A DNA stretch of 63,247 nucleotides, the filler included, from Olpidium bornovanus S191 (taxonomy: Eukaryota; Fungi; Olpidiomycota), in assembly GCA_017911155.1 (NCBI GenBank). It is 29 parts of 29 records of this genome, joined end to end, with 100 filler letters (N's around TTAATTAATTAA, not from the genome) between each part and the next. Parts side by side here need not be neighbours in the genome. Positions count along the whole stretch, not along the records: positions 10,285 to 12,862 come from JAEFCI010000218.1; positions 12,963 to 14,817 come from JAEFCI010007457.1; positions 14,918 to 15,985 come from JAEFCI010008121.1; positions 16,086 to 17,250 come from JAEFCI010008208.1; positions 17,351 to 19,023 come from JAEFCI010006159.1; positions 19,124 to 20,338 come from JAEFCI010011808.1; positions 20,439 to 21,827 come from JAEFCI010000044.1; positions 21,928 to 24,548 come from JAEFCI010007111.1; 21 more parts are not named here. One strand, 5' to 3'. Positions 10,984 through 22,258 of the stretch are shown in pieces. Under the pieces are notes generated by a model. The model ran no database searches. It was not told the DNA's origin and worked only from the letters and a program-made list of their open reading frames with translations. Each line of letters begins with the position of its first letter. Position 1 is the stretch's first letter. Made by a program: the position numbers and the translations under genes.

Positions 10984-12790
10984 TCACCGCTTGTTCCAGT
11001 ACTCCTCGGCCGCTTCGGAGACGACGGCGCGGACCTTGTCTAGGTCGACGTAGAGGCCGGACTCGACGCCGGCGTCCTCGTCAGAGGACGCGCCGCTCCC
11101 CGCCGAGCCCGCCGCTTGGCCGGCCGCCGGCACGTCCCGGTACCCCTCGACGTACCTCCCGGCGGTGGCGTAATACTCGAGGCCGAGCGACCGCGCGAGG
11201 TCGGCGTACTTGCCGGGAACGGCAGGGATCCTCGGACCCGCGGACGGCGCGGGCTCTGCCGAGGGCCGCGACGGCGGCGAAGGCGGCGCGGCGTTTGCCC
11301 AAGAGGGTTGGCGGCCGGCGGGGGACGTCGCGTCCGGCACCACCTCGAGGACGGCGGTCCCGGGCGCCGCGGCGAGCAGGAAGGCCAGCTGCGGGCCGCG
11401 CGGGGCGACGACGACCTTCGCCGAGTGGAACAGGGCCAGCGCGTCCCGGGCCGGCGTCGGGGCGGCGCCGGCGCGCGAGCGGAGCAGGACCACCGTCTTG
11501 TCCGGGAACTCGCTCCTCAGGCGCTCCTGCAGCCGGCCGGCGTTGGCGATGCGCGCGTCCGCGGCGGGGTCCGGCCCGCCCTGCACGATCAGCACGACCC
11601 CGCCCCGCGACGCCGGCGGCCGGTGCAGGTCGGGCGACGCGTCGGCGAGGCGGCGCCGCAGGATGTCGCGGAGGAGCGACGCCTGGTACGGCGACGGGGT
11701 CCCGCAGCGCGCGCTGGGCTCCGGCAGGTACACGACCTCCGCGCGCACGTCGCCCTCCACGAGCCGCTCGCGGGGGATGTCCAGCACCCCGAGCACCTGC
11801 TCCGCCAGCGGGCCGCCGGAGTGGTGGACCAGAATCCCCTCGCCGCCGCTCGACGCCAGGGCGGAGTGGTGGGCGGCGAGGCGGGGCAGCGAGTCCAGGA
11901 GCGCTGAGTGCGGGTCCCGCGGGTCGTGGGGCTGGGAGATGACGAACACGCGCCCGCGGACGGTCTTCGCCGACCCCGGGCTGGCGTCCCGGACGCTCTC
12001 CGGGCGGCAGCTCCCGCTGGGGACCAGCGCGTACTTCCCGGTGTACACGTGCCCGCCGGGCCCGACGTACGCGTCCCGCAGCCCGGCGACGACGGGGGCG
12101 TGGTAGGCGACCGAGTCCAGCTCCCGCACCGCCCTGTCCCGGAGCTCCTCGTCCGCGTCCGTCAGGACCAGGGACTCCTCCGTTCCGCCGTCGTCGTGGC
12201 CGTCGTCGTCGTCGTCGTCGTCGTCGGCGACGAGGTCACCCCGCGCGCCGCCGCCGCCGCCGCCCGCGGTCTCCCCGCCCGGCGGCCCTGCGAACGGCCC
12301 GCCGTCCGCCCCGCGGCCCCCCGCCGCCGCGTCCTCGCCGACGTCCGCCGCCCCCTGCGGCGTCCGGTACGTCGTGTCCGAATCCATGCACCTCCACCCT
12401 TCCAGGCGCTCGCGCTCGTCCCTGCTCGCCGCGAGCGTCCTGCACATGCGGTCCCCCAGGTACCGGGGCGGGCTCAGCCGGCCGGCCAGCGGCGAGGCAT
12501 CGCCGCCGGCGCCGTGAGTCCCGGCCGTCAGGCACAGGTCCGACTGGTGGGCGAGGTACTGGTGCAGGCTCGTGAGCCACGGGAGCGACCGGACGTCGGG
12601 AAAGTCCTCTTCGTACGCGGGGTCCAGGCGCGGGGGGCCGCTCGGCGGCGAGCAGTCGCGGAGCATGAAATTCGCCGGGACGTGCGGCACGCGGTGGACG
12701 TCGGCGTCCTGGTAGAAGGGAGACTGGACGGCGCCGGAAGCCGACGGCGGGACAACATCGTTTTGCCCGGGGTGGGGGGTAGGCGGGGGA
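10984..12790 (-). CDS. Glycosyltransferase family 61 (DUF563)-like protein, 5' truncated
   Basis: Intronless ORF of about 600 aa: LLDSLPRL, LGVLDIPRERLVEGDVRAEVVYLPEP, RIANAGRL, ALALFHSAKVVVAPRGPQLAFLLAAAPGTAVLEVVP and YADLARSLGLEY follow the GT61 C-terminal layout. Confidence 0.7.
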
Positions 12791-12792
12791 AG

Positions 12793-12824
<32 letters not shown>

Positions 12825-12962
12825 CGGGGGGGGGGGGGGGGGGGGGCAAAAAAGGGGGGGGGNNNNNNNNNNNNNNNNNNNNNNNNNNNNNNNNNNNNNN
12901 NNNNNNTTAATTAATTAANNNNNNNNNNNNNNNNNNNNNNNNNNNNNNNNNNNNNNNNNNNN

Positions 12963-13082
12963 GAGAGAACAGAGAGAGAACAGAGAGAGAACAGAGAGAG
13001 AACAGAGAGAGAACAGAGAGAGAACAGAGAGAGAACAGAGAGAGAACAGAGAGAGAACAGAGAGAGAACAGAGAGAGAACAG
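12963..13082 (+). repeat. Perfect 11-bp minisatellite (AACAGAGAGAG)x~11
   Basis: Period-11 array seen directly at the contig start. Confidence 0.95.
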
Positions 13083-13766
13083 AAGACAGGATCCCCCCCC
13101 CCGGCGCCCCTGAAATTTTTCTGCTTCCGAAATTCGGAGTCCCGCTTGCGGGATTCCCCGGCCGTACGGGCCAATAATGCGGGAGAAAAAAAAAGATAAG
13201 ACGGGCGCAGGTAGAAAAAAAAAAAAGAAAAAAAAAAACGTCTGTAGAAAGAGCGGACGCGGAGAAGAATCTGCTTCCGCGCGCGATCCATACTTTCGCA
13301 CGGTAGCAGGCGGCTTTGTCACAACAGAAGCAGCGACCGAGCGAGCGTCACGTAAGGCGCGCGCCCGCTCCAGCCGGAAGCATTCTCTGGGTCTTTCTCT
13401 CTGTCTTTCTCTTTCTCTTTCGCTGTCGTGAGGCCAACGTGCCGTGTAAACAATTTGGCTGGACACAGGCGCGCTGCTTCGTTTGTTTGGGTTTCCTGCG
13501 CTCTGCTCCTCCCGGCATTTTGGCCGCGCCGAGTAGCATTTCGCACGATTGCAACGTGGAGTTGGACGTGACTTCCCAGAAATATTGATCGAGTTTGCCG
13601 TTTATCCTCCGTTCCCGCCCCCCCATCCCTCCCCCCCCCTCCGCGCGCGCGCGCTCCAAACGAAAAAAGAAAAAAAGAAAAAAAAAAGGAAAATCACGAC
13701 CCGGCCTCCCTTGCCCCTGCGCGCGGTTTCACGCCCTCGAGTCTCCCGAGCCGGCCTCCGCCGTTT

Positions 13767-14491
13767 TCAGCTGCTCTGCGAGTCAAGCGCCAGCATCTGT
13801 ATCGTCCTGCCTAGGATCTTCCTCAGCTCGGCCGACTCCTCCGCCGATTTTTTCACGTCTCTCTCGACGTTCCTCCCGAGCCGGCGTCCGACCGCGAGGA
13901 ACCTCGTAGAGAGGGCGAAAAGCTCGTCCTCCAGCTGCGCCTCGGTCGTTGCGGATGCCGGATTTGCAGACGTCGGCAACGCCCCCAGCGGGCGACCCTT
14001 TCCGAGGGCCCCTCTACGCAGAGAGGAGAAACGCTCGAGCTGCGAGAGGGCGTCCCTGACGTCGTCGTCGTCGTAGTCGCCGTCGTCGTCGTCGCCGTCG
14101 TCGTCAGGACCTTCACTGAAAGAGAGCGACGCATGCGAGAAGTCAAAAAACCCGGGGTGCAAGGGGGTGGGAAGGCAGAATAGCAAAGCCTTTGACCGTT
14201 GCCCCAGCGTTCGGTTCCCCGCGCCAAAACGTTGGCGCGCGCGTCTCACCTGTTCCGGGTTGGCCCGCCGGTTGTTGCAAATTTGCCGCGGCTGGCTTCC
14301 GCGGGTGACGGGGCCGCGCAGACAACCGGCGGACTCGCTTCGGGTGCCTCGACGCCCCGAGGCCTTACCTCGGTGTCCCCCCCTCCCCCTCCTCGTCGTC
14401 GTCGTTGCCGCCGTCCGGGTGCGCCCGCCGGCCGTTCCGCCGCCGCAAGGTAATCCAAGTCCTCCAGCAAATCTTTGACGGTCAACGCCAT
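13767..14491 (-). CDS. Hypothetical two-exon protein (~196 aa) with an acidic stretch and C-terminal helical/coiled-coil region
   Basis: ATG 14491 (MALTVKDLLEDLDYL). Donor AG|GTGAGA at 14249 and TTTCAG acceptor at 14116 join in frame to SEGPDDD..QLEDELFALSTRFLAVGRRLGRNVERDVKKSAEESAELRKIL; stop at 13767. Confidence 0.55.
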
Positions 14492-14645
14492 CGCGTTTTG
14501 GTTTGCGTGCGGGGAAGGTGGGGCCGCACGGTCTTCGGACCCTCCCTGCGACCCACAAGATAGGTTGGTCACGTGACCAGCGGCGACTGGCTGATGAGGG
14601 GGAAAAAAAGAAAAGGAGGCCCTTTAGCCCACCTCGCACGGCCGG

Positions 14646-14696
<51 letters not shown>

Positions 14697-16085
14697 AAAC
14701 GCAAAAAAAAAGGAATTCCCCTCCCCCGCCCCCCCAACCACCACTGGCAGAGCGCTCCGCGTGGCTCCAGACGGGGCCGGGATTTTTGAACAGGGTTTTT
14801 GACCGGCCCATATCACCNNNNNNNNNNNNNNNNNNNNNNNNNNNNNNNNNNNNNNNNNNNNTTAATTAATTAANNNNNNNNNNNNNNNNNNNNNNNNNNN
14901 NNNNNNNNNNNNNNNNNCATGGCGGTCCGAGACTGGTCGAATGGCGATGGGTAGCCTGATGGAGTCACGGACAAGGACGGTTTTGAGTTGTGTATTTATT
15001 TCTTCGTTTGTGGAAAGTTTTCTTATACGGGTGGCTATGAGACGATGACCCCCATCCTCCCCGTTTACTCGTGACTCGCCCTCTCGGATCATAGGCAGTA
15101 AAGAAAAAAATGAATGGAATTTAAGGGAGGTAAATGTGGCGGAGAAAAAACAAGAAAGTGCTGTATATGTCTGGGAAATGCAAAGGAAAAGAAGACAAAT
15201 CGAGTTGCAAACTCCATTTCTCGCGCGCAAATGTAATGAAAACATTCCTTCTTAAAGCTCAATTGCGTGGACACCCATCTCGGTGCGACACGTGCCGAAA
15301 CAGACGGCAGGTAGTCCCTTCGTAAGTTCATCGGCCGTGTTAAGTGCGGACGGCATCTCTCGGAGATCCACAGTGCCCTATGTGACGGTGTGGAGGGAAA
15401 CTTGTTGCTTACGAAGAAAAACAAATACAGGCAGGAGAATTCCAAACCGGCGGGGGTCTGTGCCGTTCTCGCATTTCGCCTTTGATTGTCCGGCGCCCTA
15501 CGTGCCCAGCACTCCGAAAAAAAAACAGAGGTCGCCGTCCGCGGGTAACCGCTTGTTGGGTTCGACCCGGGACTCTTTTTCAAAGCGCACCCGGTCGGCG
15601 CTTTTCGTTTGCGTTTTCTTCTTTTTCGTTTGCTGGGAGGGGGAGGAAGGGGGGGGGTGGGGGCTCGTTTGTGACAGGGACGATTTTGGGGCGCGGTGGG
15701 GGAAGTAGGCGGAAGAGACGCGTTTTTCTCTGGCCCGCTGGTCACGCGTAGAATTACCCGGGTCCGGAAAGGAAAAGAATAAGGGGAGGGGAGACAGACA
15801 GCTACGCAGCGACGACCAAATAACAGGGAATTATTGCCTAGACGAATTATCGAGTACCCCCCCCCCCCCCCCCCCGCCCCCCCTCCCCCTCCCCCCCCCA
15901 CCCCCCCCCCCCCCCCGCCGCCCCGCCCCCCCCCCCCCCCTCCCCCCCCCTCTTCCCCTCCCCCCCCCCCACCCCCCCCCGCCCGNNNNNNNNNNNNNNN
16001 NNNNNNNNNNNNNNNNNNNNNNNNNNNNNTTAATTAATTAANNNNNNNNNNNNNNNNNNNNNNNNNNNNNNNNNNNNNNNNNNNN

Positions 16086-16402
16086 CAAGATTTTGCCTCG
16101 TGAGATTGCCCACCTGCAAAGTCACGGGCGTTCCCCAAGGTTTTTTCTTTTGTGCCCTCCCCCCTTTTGTTTGGCGTTGCTCTGTATGCCTGGCAATATG
16201 CCCATGCCCCTTCTCCCCACACAACCTTCCGCACTTGGTCGATGTCGAACCGAGCAAAAGGAGGCCGTTCGTGCTGTTGCGTCCCCCCATTTTGCGCGGC
16301 AAGTACGTGTTTGGGCGGGGGCAGCCCCGCCGCTCGGAACCACGCAGGTTGCGGCGTTTGGCCGGTTACGGCAACGGGTTCGAACAAGGTGTTTATTTCC
16401 AT
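16086..16402 (-). CDS. Hypothetical protein, first exons
   Basis: MEINTLFEPVAVTGQTPQPAWF..PPFARFDIDQ; GT donor at 16234 and TTTGCAG acceptor at 16114 give in-frame VGNLTRQNL up to the contig end. Confidence 0.35.
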
Positions 16403-16661
16403 CCATTTCACATTTGGCCGCGCGCGATCCCGTTCGCACGTCTGCTCCCCGTCGGCCCCGGTTCCGGCGATGGCGCGCAATCGGCCGATAAAAAAAAAAA
16501 AGGCCGTGCTCCCCGTGCGCGTCGGCCCGGGACGCGCTCGCGTAAGTATCGCGCGGATCCACTCCCCCCGGCAGGAGCTGTTCACGTTTTGTCAACGGGG
16601 GGGGGGGGGGGGGGGGGCGGGGGGGCGGGGGGGGCGGGGGGGGGGGAGGAGGGGGGGGGGT

Positions 16662-16695
<34 letters not shown>

Positions 16696-17017
16696 ACGCC
16701 CTGCGGTAGGCGGGGCGGGGAGTTGGGGATTGGGGTGCGTGGGATCACAACATGCTGCGCAACGACGGGCACGAAAGCGAGCGAGGGCAGGAGCGAGAGC
16801 GTGCGTGTGGTTTGTTGCGGTTTTGCGTGTGGCGCGCGCGCGTTTTCACTTCCCCATTCCCCTTGTAGATTAAGAGAAGGGCCGGCTGAGCCGCAGTCGC
16901 ACTGCGCGCAGACCAGCCCGCGTTTACCGCCGGCGTACATTATTTCGTCTGCGCCTTCTTCGCCTTCTCTTTTTCGGCTCCGCTCCCCAACACCCTCTTC
17001 CCCCTTCCCCTCCCTGT

Positions 17018-17054
<37 letters not shown>

Positions 17055-17064
17055 CTCCCCTCTG

Positions 17065-17095
<31 letters not shown>

Positions 17096-17122
17096 CACAC
17101 ACACATTCTCTCTCTCTCTCTC
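17065..17122 (+). repeat. Compound (TC)n(CA)n(TC)n microsatellite between poly-T and poly-C tracts
   Basis: Seen directly. Confidence 0.9.
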
Positions 17123-17155
17123 ACTAGCACGCGCACCCTTTTCCCCCTCTCACGC

Positions 17156-17240
<85 letters not shown>

Positions 17241-17360
17241 CCCAGGGGAGNNNNNNNNNNNNNNNNNNNNNNNNNNNNNNNNNNNNNNNNNNNNTTAATT
17301 AATTAANNNNNNNNNNNNNNNNNNNNNNNNNNNNNNNNNNNNNNNNNNNNGGGAGGGAGT

Positions 17361-17400
<40 letters not shown>

Positions 17401-18572
17401 GGTTCGTTGCCCTCGCCGTCAGGACGGCCGGGCGGCGTCGCAGACGGAAGCATCGTCCGCGACGGCGCCCCGGCGTCCGTCCTCAAACCCTGTATCTGCT
17501 TGCCCGCCAACTGGCCCGCGCGGCTCCGACTCCTTGCGCGGCAGACGGCCATCCAGTAACGGCGATCGGGGGGCTCCGTGTCCGTCCCGTCTTGCGGGGG
17601 ATTCTGCATTTCCGATTACCGAGCGCCGCCCCCCCGTTAACGACAAATGCGAGGTGGAACTGAATAAGCAAAGGGCTGGGCGACGCGATAGAGCGCGCGT
17701 TTAAGGATTTCGACAAAGTCGCCGGGCGCAGACTCTTTTTGGCTCCGCTCCTTTATCGCGTCTCGGCGCGCCAAAAAGCGACAAAATGAGGGTCCATCGA
17801 CGACCTCTTCACCCTCCACAACTGCTGTTGTTTCCGAGATTCCCCCCCCCCGCCTCGGTGTTCCAATGTCCCTCCCTCTCCCCCCGCCTTCGTCCAAACT
17901 TTTTTAAATATGCTAAAAAATTTAATTTGGATTGGATTTTGCAAAAGGTGGTCTCCCCCCCCCCCCCCCCTCCCCCGCCCTTCCTCAAAGTAAAAAAGAG
18001 TCGTTGATTCCCGGATGAATAACTGGGTGGCATTTTGAGAAATGCCTTGTGATTTTATTATATTTTTTTTGCAAGTGTTCATGTATTCGTCTCCGTCTAG
18101 AGGGCATACGTTTTCTATCCCGCGCCAAAATACTGTCGTGCGAGCAAGATAGGAGGGGGCGGGGGGGGGAGGGGCGTGGCAGGGCCGGGTGCCTCCCTGG
18201 TCGTACGTACTCTCTCACCCAAACACTGCACATGCACAATAAAACGATACCGAAGGAGCGCGTTAGTGGCACAGCCCCCCCCCCCCCCCCCCCCTCCCGC
18301 CGCGGGTCAGATCCCACGCCGAAGAAAGCGAAAGATCAGTCGCGATGCGAGAGAGATCCTCCCCCCCACCCCCCCCCGGCCAAACTGCGGGGCGACGACG
18401 TACGACGGTTGCATCGCATCAAGCGCCTGCCGCCAACGTTCGCCGGAATTCGTGGCTCGGGTATCTTACACCCCGCTTCCCGTGGGGGGGATAATCTGCG
18501 GCCTGCGGTAACTTCCCGGGAGGTTCTCCGTGGTGGAGCATGCGCGGTGGAAAAGCCGTCAAAATTTGACTT

Positions 18573-19023
18573 TCATCCCTGCTGGGAGTCAAACGTGTCC
18601 ACCGCACGCGGTTGTAGCAGATCGTCATAGTGCTCGTCCGGCGCGAGCCCTGCCTCGCCGGTGGGCTCGGCCGTCGGCGTAGCCGCCTTGCCCTGGTACC
18701 ACCCTCGAAGCTTCCCGTCCAGGACTGTGCGAAGCGGGATGTCGACGTCGACGCCGTCGGCGCGAATCCTGTCGAGCCACTGTTGCACGCCTCGGACGTC
18801 CCGGCGTGTCGCGTCGCGGAGCACGAAGGGGGTGTACGAGTGCAGAGAGCGGGCGACCCCGCCCTCCACCATCGAACTGAGCAAAGCCAGCGCGGGCCGC
18901 ACCTGGTCGGTACCGACGAGGTGGGATATCAGGAGGTCGTAGGTTTTCGTCAATAGGCTCACCGGCGGGTCCGAGCCGCCGATTTTCTCCGCCGCCGACG
19001 GCGACCGCGACGGCTTCCATGAC
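18573..19023 (-). CDS. Probable pentatricopeptide-repeat (PPR) protein, C-terminal part
   Basis: TYDLLISHLVGTDQVRPALALLSSMVEGGVARSLHSYTPFV..VQQWLDRIRADGVDVD fits two ~35-aa PPR units (tYn.lI....A..ll..M...Gv.p...sYt). The frame is open to the contig end. Confidence 0.5.
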
Positions 19024-19123
19024 NNNNNNNNNNNNNNNNNNNNNNNNNNNNNNNNNNNNNNNNNNNNTTAATTAATTAANNNNNNNNNNNNNNNNNNNNN
19101 NNNNNNNNNNNNNNNNNNNNNNN

Positions 19124-20338
19124 CATGGCCAGCCGTGCCTCATCCCTCCTCCTCTGCAGGTACCTCTCCCCTCTCTCCCAGTACGTCGCGGCGTGCCACC
19201 CCGGGTGGAGGATCCTCCCGGGGCAGGACGCGCGCCGCTGCGGCCGCGGCGGGAGCTGCGGCCCGCCGAACGTTCCGGTGAACAGGCCCACGCCGCTCAG
19301 CTGCGACAGCGGGAGCCGGTCCCGGTTCCGCCGGTTGACGTGCAGCCCCCGGAGGCACTGCGTGCCGATAGTCCTGCCCGCCTCGGCCTCCACGCGATCC
19401 CGGACCGCCGGGGGCGGCGCGGCGGCGGCTGCCGCCTCCGCCCATTTCATCGACAGGAGGCTTTCCAGCTTCCTCGCCTTCTGCCGACCGGCCGCCGCCG
19501 CCGCCGCCGCCGCCTCGGCGCCGCTCACCCCGTCGCCCCGGCCCCGCCGAGGTTCCTCTCGGCGCTGGCAGAGGTGTAGGTTGGGCGTCGAGAACGATAG
19601 GCACGAGTGCCGCCTCGCCGCTTTGCAGAGGACCTCGGCGCGAAACAGGTCGAGATCAATTCCGCGTTGGTGCAGGACCTGTGCGAACCAGGCAGGTGGA
19701 GCGCGCGCGTCAGGTCTTTTTTGTTTTTGTTTTTGTTTTTTTTTTAGCTTCCGAGAAACGTCACAAAAAGCGCGTGGGGGTTTTTTTTTTTCGTGACGTG
19801 CCGGGGGGCGGGGGTGGGCGGGGGTGGGGGGTGGGATTTTTTATTGATTTTTTTTTTTCTTGGCAGGGTCCGACCGCCCATAAAATGACAGTTCTTTCCC
19901 GCGTTTTTTTTTTTTTTTTTTTTTTTTTGTTTTTTTTTTTTTTGGTTTTTTTCTTGTTGGTTTTTACCCCTTTCAGGTGAGCCAGCGCCAACCGGTGGTC
20001 AAAGAAAGCGATGTTCTCCACGTAGACGTCCGTGATGGCCTGCAGTTCCGCGCTTTTTATCGCGAGGCTCGAGACCCGGCTCGCGAGGGGCGCGCTGTCG
20101 TCATCGTCGTCGTCACTTTCCCGGTTCGCCCGGTTTATTGTCCTCCCCCGCGTCGCGGGGGCTCTCGGGACGTTGCGCCGGTCCCCGGAGGTCCCTTTCG
20201 CGCCCGGATTCCGGCAGCGGCCCGCCGGCTCGCCCTGGCCCTCGCCCTTGTCCCGCCCGCCGCCGCCCCCTGGTCGTCTCTCGCCGGAATCGGAGGAACA
20301 GGAGGAGGTGGAGGAGGAGGAATAGGAAAGTGGCGGGG
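19124..20338 (-). CDS. Hypothetical protein, internal fragment
   Basis: Exon ..KSAELQAITDVYVENIAFFDHRLALAHLKG (donor 19967) splices in phase 0 to VLHQRGIDLDLFRAEVLCKAAR (from 19678), which stays open to the contig end through ORF 19076..19528. Confidence 0.45.
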
Positions 20339-21054
20339 NNNNNNNNNNNNNNNNNNNNNNNNNNNNNNNNNNNNNNNNNNNNTTAATTAATTAANNNNNN
20401 NNNNNNNNNNNNNNNNNNNNNNNNNNNNNNNNNNNNNNCATGCCGGTAACAGTTTTCTAACAAACGTCCCCGTTGGACAGGTTGCAAATCTGGTAGAGGT
20501 CATCGTGATCCGTGCAGGGGCGGTTCTGGCCCGAAGAATTGAGTCCCTGGTTATTCGGGCCAAATTCTGGATTCTATCTGGCGGCTCATTCGCCAGGTGA
20601 TTGAGGTGAAGTGTAGCTTGGACCTCGCGGTTTCGGCCAGGGCGGTGCGCGGATCGGGATTCACCTTGAGTGACTCGTGTTGGTCAGAGCATGGGCGCTG
20701 ACATCGTGTCAAAAGTTTTGGCTCCTCCGCGTTCTGCTCCTCACGTGACCCGCAAAGCGCAACAAAACAGAACCCACCCTCGACGGAAACTCACAATTCC
20801 CAAGGGAAAAAAAGAAAAATAAAAATAAAAAACGCCACGCGACACGTCGCGCTTCCTTCCATTTGCCTCCCGCAGAGGTCGCAGCGGCCAGAGATAACCG
20901 GCCGCCCCGCGCGCCCTACCTCCCGCTCCCCACGCGTGCGCCGACTTCCACCCGAACGGGGCCCGTCCCCGGAATACGAACGACACTGCCCGCCTCGCCG
21001 CCAGCTGCGGAGGACCAACCGACCGAGTTACCCTTCCTGGAGGCGCTGTCCGAA

Positions 21055-21827
21055 ATGGCCTGCACCGCGACCACGTACTCCCTTGAAGGGCTGGAGGCGA
21101 GTCCGCGGGGGGGCCAAAACGAGACCGCCGCGGAAGTAGAGCGCGATGAACTAGGCTGGACTGCCCGGTGGCTGCCTGGGCTTTGCCGAAGAAGTTTGCG
21201 GCGGTGTGCACCCCGCCCCCCTTGCCGCCCGCCCGCGCCTCTTACTCCGTATCATTGCTCTGTTCTCCCAGGAGCGCTTGGCTGCGAACTGTCGCCTGTT
21301 TGACAGGCTCGTCAACACGATCCCCCCCAAATACTACGTAGTTGCGGAGTGGACAGTGGAACATCAGGTTGGCGAGGAGCAACAGATTCTCGGCAATGCA
21401 CGCTCCCCCTAAAAATCAACTTGGAAAAATCTCGACGGCGTCTGTTCCTCGGCATCCGGGATTTCTCCGTTAACGCCTAGGCGCAACGTCCGCTCGCCAG
21501 AACCGGAGGTACCAGCACAACAAGCGGAAACGTGCTCCGAAGCAGGAGCTGAAGAAGTCTTTGCGCAAAGTCAAGAAGGCCAAGGTATCGTTGTTGCGCC
21601 CCGACGATACGGGAGCGTCAGGATATGGCAAGCTGACTCACGCGCCCCCACCTCTCCCGGTTCCTGGCCCCAAGCTTGACCCGGAGAACCAGAAGACGGT
21701 TTCCGACGTTCAGGCGGAGCTCTTGAGAAAAGAGGAGTCAAATCGCGGATTGGGACTAAACGGCGGAAGCGGGGGCGTGGAAGTCGGCCGCACTGGTCCG
21801 GAAGCAAACGAGGAAGCGACAGCCATG
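21055..21827 (+). CDS. RRP14: Rrp14/SURF6-family nucleolar protein, N-terminal part
   Basis: Exons ERLAANCRLFDRLVNTIPPKYY | YQHNKRKRAPKQELKKSLRKVKKAK | LDPENQKTVSDVQ match the Rrp14 N-domain (eRL..h...Fd.Ll.lIP.kyY..KkaKLDP). Confidence 0.75.
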
Positions 21828-21928
21828 NNNNNNNNNNNNNNNNNNNNNNNNNNNNNNNNNNNNNNNNNNNNTTAATTAATTAANNNNNNNNNNNNNNNNN
21901 NNNNNNNNNNNNNNNNNNNNNNNNNNNA

Positions 21929-21969
<41 letters not shown>

Positions 21970-22258
21970 CCGCAAGTTCCCCCGCACGCGCAGACCCCCC
22001 CAAAAACCTGTTTTCTGTTGCGGACCGGACACCAGGAAAGACGGCGGGCCACCGCGGCCGGCCGATCGTCGTTCGTCGGGAAGGCCTACTCCCCCGCCCG
22101 CCCTCTCCCGCCGACGAGACGCCTGCAGCCGCCCCTGCAGGAAGAAAAGACTTCGGGACGTAACGGCGTGGGCGGTGCGGCGTGGCGCTGGTCGGGGCCG
22201 CCGTCGCCAGAAGTTCGGCCCTGTCGTCCCTTTGTGACGAGCAGAGGAGAGTCCTGCT

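Noticed and set aside
10932-12918. Long plus-strand ORFs overlapping the GT61-like gene
   Set aside because: Arg/Gly/Ala-rich shadow ORFs caused by very high GC and few stop codons. The same applies to 35118-36517, 52882-54254 and 56823-57488.
12963-13082. 11-bp array as a telomere
   Set aside because: The unit is unlike known telomeric repeats, and contig ends here are assembly breaks.
15555-15585. GGTTCGACCC followed by TTTTT as a tRNA or SINE B-box
   Set aside because: No A-box or cloverleaf stems could be built upstream.
14918-15985. Coding assignment for contig 7 and most of contigs 15, 18, 22 and 23
   Set aside because: Several frames looked equally plausible and no motif or consistent splice path was found, so they are left unassigned.
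15834-17306. Poly-Pro, poly-Gly, poly-Phe and poly-Lys ORFs
   Set aside because: They are translations of homopolymer tracts, not proteins.
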